Shown here: positions 36,974 through 40,918 of the stretch, in pieces
Position numbering within the stretch: position 1 is the first letter of the stretch
How the letters are laid out: each line of letters starts with the position of its first letter
IMG/VR virus record: IMGVR_UViG_3300048856_000114
Span: 1 to 40,918 of that record
Length of the DNA stretch: 40,918 bases
Source of the DNA: a virus
Lineage: Duplodnaviria; Caudoviricetes
Reading direction: 5' to 3' (one strand)
Program-made: the position numbers and the translations under genes
Notes under the pieces: generated by a model
What the model was told of the DNA's origin: nothing
Databases searched by the model: none
Seen by the model: only the letters and a program-made list of their open reading frames with translations

Positions 36974-37141
36974 TCAGAACCCGGGCATGGTGTTCAGCAC
37001 CATGCGCACCACGCCGATGACCTCAACGCTGACCCCATCGTCAGCGTCGAACTGGCGATGCACCACGATCGGCTTGTGCTTCGGGTTGCTCGATCGAGGG
37101 TGGAACTCGGTCCTGTCCTCGTAGATCTCGATCTGCTTCAC
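36974..37141 (-). pseudogene. C-terminal remnant of an S24/LexA-type phage repressor
   Basis: VKQIEIYEDRTEFHPRSSNPKHKPI...VEVIGVVR; no HTH or catalytic Ser region upstream. Confidence 0.7.
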
Positions 37142-37217
37142 TGGCTCCCCCTGAACGACCTCACGTAAGCATGCCTTCTGCTTTGAGTCGAGCCATCTCC
37201 AATCCCCGTTTTCCTCG

Positions 37218-37628
37218 TTACCTCCCGCACCACTTGTTGCCCTTGTTGGGCCAGAGCTGAGCAAGGCCTTCCCGCACCAGAACCTGCCCAGCGTCACGCC
37301 CATCCGGCAGGATGATACGCACTAGCTCACGTCGGTTAGACGTCCGATCTTTCGTGCCGCTTTCATCGATCCGATAGCCGCCAGCCATCAACTGCTGCAA
37401 GCGCTGGGTAGCCTGCTTCCCGATCTGCCGCTCCCGCGCACATTCTGCTCCAGATGTTTCCGGCGTGTCGATCTCCAGGAGGCGCCACTTCACCCCGCGA
37501 TCCCAGCCCGTATCGCCATCCACCAGGCAGGTGACCTTGCGCGCCGCTCGATCGCCGCCGGAGCAAAGCGGAATGGCCCACGCGGACGACGCGGTCATCA
37601 GCAGCAGGGCTGTAGTCAATCTCAGCAT
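37218..37628 (-). CDS. Secreted thermonuclease (SNase)-family protein
   Basis: Signal peptide; VDGDT, RLLEIDTPE, LVREGLA...WC. Confidence 0.9.
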   Translation of the reverse strand: MLRLTTALLLMTASSAWAIPLCSGGDRAARKVTCLVDGDTGWDRGVKWRLLEIDTPETSGAECARERQIGKQATQRLQQLMAGGYRIDESGTKDRTSNRRELVRIILPDGRDAGQVLVREGLAQLWPNKGNKWCGR

Positions 37629-37870
37629 AAGGATTCGCAAGGCCTACCGTCATTGTCACGGTCGAGCTTCCCGCCCCAGGAGCAGCTACGCAGATAATAT
37701 TGCGCTTCCTCGCAGCTCTGGATCTTCGAGCAAGTCTTCCGCGGCTGGCACGACCAGCTTTGGGCTGTCTCAAGTTGTGGGATGGGTGTCATTGGACCGG
37801 CTGGCGCGATTGCTGCTGCGGTGAATAAGGTGATGATCAGCGTATGCAAGCTATCCCCCTCAGGTTGCAT
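37622..37870 (-). CDS. Excalibur calcium-binding domain protein
   Basis: CSKIQSCEEA...LDRDNDGRPCESLC. Confidence 0.9.
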   Translation of the reverse strand: MQPEGDSLHTLIITLFTAAAIAPAGPMTPIPQLETAQSWSCQPRKTCSKIQSCEEAQYYLRSCSWGGKLDRDNDGRPCESLC

Positions 37871-37974
37871 GTGGCGATAGAAGCACTGAGCTACTGATTC
37901 CGCCAGCTGACAATACCTGCCAGCCGAAGTAAGCGCACCTCGACATATGGATCGTTTGATGTTCCACTTCGCTC

Positions 37975-38157
37975 ATGAGGAAAACGTTCAACGAACTGAA
38001 GCTGTCGCCGGAGCTTGCCGCGGAACTGCATCTGCGAGGATATCACACGCTCGATGATCTAAAGGTTCTGACAACTCAGCTTCTGCACCGCATTCCCGGC
38101 ATGGAAGGCGAGAACTGGCACAAGGTGGCGGACGCGCTCGGCCGGCCCCGCTCTTAA
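37975..38157 (+). CDS. Stand-alone RNA polymerase alpha-CTD-like (helix-hairpin-helix) protein
   Basis: ELKLS...L...GYHTLDDL...LLHRIPGMEG...KVADAL. Confidence 0.65.
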   Translation: MRKTFNELKLSPELAAELHLRGYHTLDDLKVLTTQLLHRIPGMEGENWHKVADALGRPRS

Positions 38158-38188
38158 CCCATCGTCTCTCAAGACGCGCCCCCTACCC

Positions 38189-38497
38189 CTAACCGGACGC
38201 AGGGCCTTTTTTACGTTCTTGCGACAGCCGCCTCTTTTCTCGCATGGCGTGGCTAAATCGTTCACCGATACCGGATGCTGTTTCGACCGCTCCGAGGTTC
38301 ATCGCGCGGTCTAAATCATCCCGATACCAGAACTTCCGTCTTGTCGTGTCAACCACACGGGGCTGGGGGTAGATCGTGCCGACACGTTCGAGGAAGTCTT
38401 CGACGTGGCGTTCGCCGCAATAACCGGCAGCCATATCCGCCAGCATGCGGGGAGGCCAGCTCCCTGGAGGGACGACTGATCGATGGCGGTTGCTCAT
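38189..38497 (-). CDS. Excisionase-like winged-helix protein
   Basis: WPPRMLADMAAGYCGE...YPQP...KFWYRDDLD; GAAGG RBS. Confidence 0.7.
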   Translation of the reverse strand: MSNRHRSVVPPGSWPPRMLADMAAGYCGERHVEDFLERVGTIYPQPRVVDTTRRKFWYRDDLDRAMNLGAVETASGIGERFSHAMREKRRLSQERKKGPASG

Positions 38498-38531
38498 CGC
38501 GGTTCCTTCTCTGATGGCGCCACGTGTGCTT

Positions 38532-38768
38532 CTATTTATTTGGCTTACGACGAGGGTTTTCAAACTCGGCGAACTCTTTGGCGACATCGAAGTCATCCCA
38601 GCTCTCGAGACCGTCGGGAACTAAGCCATCCACTGGTTCACCTTCCTTCGCAGCCGGCAGCACCGTCACCACCAGCGTCTTCAGGTCGATCTGCAAGACG
38701 GAGCCGACGCTTTTCGCAGCACGAAAGATTCGCTCCATGTCAGCCTGACGGAAAGAAGCTCTCGTCAC
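38532..38768 (-). CDS. Small integrase-associated-type protein (QAD..R type), putative RDF
   Basis: MTRASFRQADMERIFRAAKSVG; GTGA overlap with the upstream gene. Confidence 0.65.
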   Translation of the reverse strand: MTRASFRQADMERIFRAAKSVGSVLQIDLKTLVVTVLPAAKEGEPVDGLVPDGLESWDDFDVAKEFAEFENPRRKPNK

Positions 38769-39016
38769 TTCTCACCTCCGCGAGACAATATCTCGTCGAT
38801 GCGGTTGCCAGCTTCCTGCGGAAGGTCCGAGAAAGCGGCGTCTAAGGCGATACGATCCCAAACCACACGTCCGTCAATCCTCTTCGGCTTTGGCATGCGC
38901 TTGTCGGCAACCATCTCATCGAACTTCGTCGTGCCTACGCCAACATAGCGCGCGGCTTCTTCGCGCGACATTCCACGAGGCGGGTACGACAAGGAGTCTG
39001 AAAGTCTCGCCGTCAC
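38765..39016 (-). CDS. AlpA/excisionase-family HTH protein
   Basis: PPRGMSREEAARYVGVGTTKFDEMVADKRMPKPKRIDGRVVWDR. Confidence 0.88.
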   Translation of the reverse strand: MTARLSDSLSYPPRGMSREEAARYVGVGTTKFDEMVADKRMPKPKRIDGRVVWDRIALDAAFSDLPQEAGNRIDEILSRGGEK

Positions 39017-39047
39017 GTCGGCTCCAGCGTTTCGGGACCGTACGGAA

Positions 39048-39224
39048 TCATAGTCGAATGCGCTCCTTCTTCACCTGCTGCTGGAGCTTCTGCATTTCGG
39101 GATAGTCGGGCGCAACCCGGATGATGACGCCGTCAATCTCCACCTCGACACGCATGCCGGTCTTCTTGGCGACGGCCGCCATGCGCATCAGGTCGCCTTG
39201 ATTGACGAGGGCTCTCTTTGTCAT
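39048..39224 (-). CDS. Small integrase-associated-type protein (QGD..R type), putative RDF
   Basis: MTKRALVNQGDLMRMAAVAKKTGMRVEVEIDGVIIRVAPD. Confidence 0.65.
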   Translation of the reverse strand: MTKRALVNQGDLMRMAAVAKKTGMRVEVEIDGVIIRVAPDYPEMQKLQQQVKKERIRL

Positions 39225-39242
39225 TCTGCGAAGCTGCCAGAG

Positions 39243-39272
39243 CATGTCGCATGTTGCAATCCATGTCGCATG
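39243..39272. repeat. Direct repeats CATGTCGCATG x2 with an intervening CATGTTGCA; putative integrase arm-type sites
   Basis: Copies at 39243-39253 and 39262-39272, about 130 bp from the tRNA 3' end. Confidence 0.6.
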
Positions 39273-39339
39273 GAGTCGCCGTAGTCGGGCGGAAACGGCC
39301 GGAAATCACGGGGATTAGCTGCAGCACTGCGCAACATAG

Positions 39340-39371
39340 AAAAAGAGCGGCATCATGCCTGATACCGCTCT
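39340..39371 (-). terminator. Rho-independent terminator downstream of tRNA-Cys
   Basis: Minus strand AGAGCGGTATCA-GGCA-TGATGCCGCTCT followed by TTTT. Confidence 0.8.
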
Positions 39372-39397
39372 ATCTAGCTGATTTGCTAGTGAATTCT

Positions 39398-39471
39398 TGG
39401 AGGCCTCGCCCGGAATTGAACCGGGGTACAAGGATTTGCAGTCCTCTGCGTCACCACTCCGCCACGAGGCC
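39398..39471 (-). tRNA. tRNA-Cys(GCA), probable attachment site
   Basis: GGCCTCGTGGCGGAGTGGTGACGCAGAGGACTGCAAATCCTTGTACCCCGGTTCAATTCCGGGCGAGGCCTCCA; canonical 74-nt cloverleaf. Confidence 0.98.
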
Positions 39472-39937
39472 ATCCGGGCAATTGCTCGCCGGTGGGTGTC
39501 GGCCGTTTAGAACGAATCGAATAGTTCCGCAAGCACCTTGATCTCGCTCCCACGTTTTTTCTTGGTGGATTTCGTGCCCGCCGTTCGGCTGCTACGACAT
39601 AGCGGCAGTGCCAGTTGCTTACCAACAACGTTCTTGTCACCACGCGTCGCACAGCGCCGACGTCATTGCATGGTCCGCGGCGGGAAGACCTGGCATCACA
39701 GATCGGGCCAGTCCGATGCGTGAGGCTCGGCGTGGTTACAAGAATAGCTCGCACTCCGTGGCCCGCTGCCGCCCCGCGCCAACATCGGTCATGTTGTTCG
39801 TACGCAACCGCACAGACCTGAAACTCTTTGCGCGATCACAAGTTGGGGCTGCGAGATGTGTGGAGGCACAGCCGCAAGGCTGAACACGAAAAGACTGCCC
39901 CCGTCTCGAACGTCTCGCGTTTCGATCCTCCCTAACT

Positions 39938-39962
39938 AACCCGCTTTGGCGGGTTTTCTTTT
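39938..39962 (+). terminator. Rho-independent terminator
   Basis: AACCCGC-TTTG-GCGGGTT-TTCTTTT. Confidence 0.7.
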
Positions 39963-40044
39963 CCATCCAGTCCCTCAGGAGGCGTGGTGTGCTGTGTCAG
40001 TTATGAGCATGAGAGGCAACGACTTCGTCCTTGTCGGCCACGCG

Positions 40045-40458
40045 CTACGAAAACACTTTCAGGCTCAAGGGCACACGAATCGCCGGCACGCCGACGCAGT
40101 GCCCTTCGGCAAACAGCAGGAGATCCTCCATTTCCGGGTCGAGAACCGGCTTGGACACCACGCCCACCGCTCCCTTCACGCCGTCTCCCACCAGCTCTGG
40201 ATTGGCGGTGAGGAAGATCACGGCTACCCCGTACCTGGCCAGCGTCGCCCCAATCTCGGGGCCTGTACAGCCGTCCGACAGGTTGAGGTCGACGAAGGCG
40301 ATGCCGACCTCCTCGGCGTATTTCAGGGCCGTTTGGTAATCACGTGCCGTTGCTGTCACGGTGTATCCACAGGACCCGACGATGTCCTCCATCATCATAG
40401 CGATGAGGAAGTCGTCTTCAACGATCAGCACTTGCCGGCAAAGGACCTCTTTCGTCAT
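40045..40458 (-). CDS. Single-domain response regulator (receiver), host gene
   Basis: VLIVEDD, AFVDLNL.DG, VIFLTA, SKP. Confidence 0.9.
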   Translation of the reverse strand: MTKEVLCRQVLIVEDDFLIAMMMEDIVGSCGYTVTATARDYQTALKYAEEVGIAFVDLNLSDGCTGPEIGATLARYGVAVIFLTANPELVGDGVKGAVGVVSKPVLDPEMEDLLLFAEGHCVGVPAIRVPLSLKVFS

Positions 40459-40607
40459 GCCTATAAAACCCGCTGTCGCTGTCCGGGTTCCTGTATCGCG
40501 TACGATATCGTACGAAGGGAGGATCACCTGCGTCTTTGTGGGAGAGGCGGCCAAAGCCCTAGATCCGCTGCCTTGCGGCCCTGTCCCGGAATTTGTCATG
40601 CGCTTGC

Positions 40608-40632
40608 GGAACCAAGCACCCCGTCCCGCGTT
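40608..40632 (+). promoter_or_regulatory. EcfG/RpoE2 general-stress promoter
   Basis: GGAAC-N16-CGTT directly upstream of the DUF982 gene. Confidence 0.75.
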
Positions 40633-40660
40633 CTCGACGCCGCGAATGAAGGTGAATGAA

Positions 40661-40918
40661 ATGAATGTTCTAGATAGTCAGGACCGCGTTCTTTGGTCCG
40701 AACCGGTTCGAGTCCGCGTCGGCTACGGATTTCCCGAAACAATCAGAGGTCCTGAAGAAGCATTGAACTACCTGAATTGGCGCTGGCCAGTGCGCGAAGG
40801 CACCTATTATGTCAAAGCGCTCAAGGAGTGCGCGGCCTCCCTCCAGCGCCAGGTTCCGTTGGAAAAGGTGCGAGAAACCTTCGTTCTCGCCAGCATCGAA
40901 GCCAAGATGCTGGGCTGA
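40661..40918 (+). CDS. DUF982-family protein, host gene
   Basis: WSEPVRVR...EEAL..L..RWP...F..A..EAKML. Confidence 0.85.
   Translation: MNVLDSQDRVLWSEPVRVRVGYGFPETIRGPEEALNYLNWRWPVREGTYYVKALKECAASLQRQVPLEKVRETFVLASIEAKMLG

Larger units (their letters stand above)
1..39397. mobile_element. Temperate siphovirus-type prophage, probably integrated at the 3' end of tRNA-Cys; left boundary is outside the window
   Basis: Integrase, replication, packaging, head, tail and lysis modules occur in order and end at a tRNA gene. The second att copy is not visible. 35.8-39.3 kb could partly derive from a second element. Confidence 0.9.

Noticed and set aside
39480-40040. Short ORFs between tRNA-Cys and the response regulator
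   Set aside because: They look like non-coding promoter/terminator sequence with no protein-like features.
1-40918. CRISPR array, diversity-generating retroelement, retron or IS element
   Set aside because: I saw no repeat-spacer array, reverse transcriptase, TR/VR pair or transposase.

Overview
The window is almost entirely a temperate siphovirus-type prophage in a GC-rich alphaproteobacterial (Rhizobiaceae-like) chromosome. It runs from a tyrosine integrase at position 1 to a tRNA-Cys(GCA) gene at 39398-39471, the likely integration target; the other att site would lie left of the window. Gene order: a compact, satellite-like early module (integrase, RHH-type regulator, Xis/HTH, Rha-KilAC antirepressor, small ORFs, primase-polymerase with no helicase); a late regulator; a moron cluster; HNH, cos, TerS and TerL; a protease-capsid fusion placed before the portal; head-tail and tail genes with a probable -1 frameshift chaperone; an SGNH-esterase tail fibre; a lysis cassette; then about 8 kb of accessory cargo (atypical tRNA-Thr-like element, acyl carrier protein, DUF433/PIN toxin-antitoxin pair, nuclease, alpha-CTD-like protein). 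Host genes resume to the right of the tRNA. The most unusual observations are: (1) an integrase-less operon of four excisionase-like genes next to the tRNA att site; (2) an RHH regulator ending in an SSB-type DDDIPF tail, with two DnaA-box matches inside the adjacent integrase; (3) three consecutive 70-aa ORFs at an exact 209-bp spacing, at least two of them paralogous; (4) a degenerate tRNA-like RNA in the same element as a PIN toxin. All family assignments come from motif recognition by eye; no searches were run.
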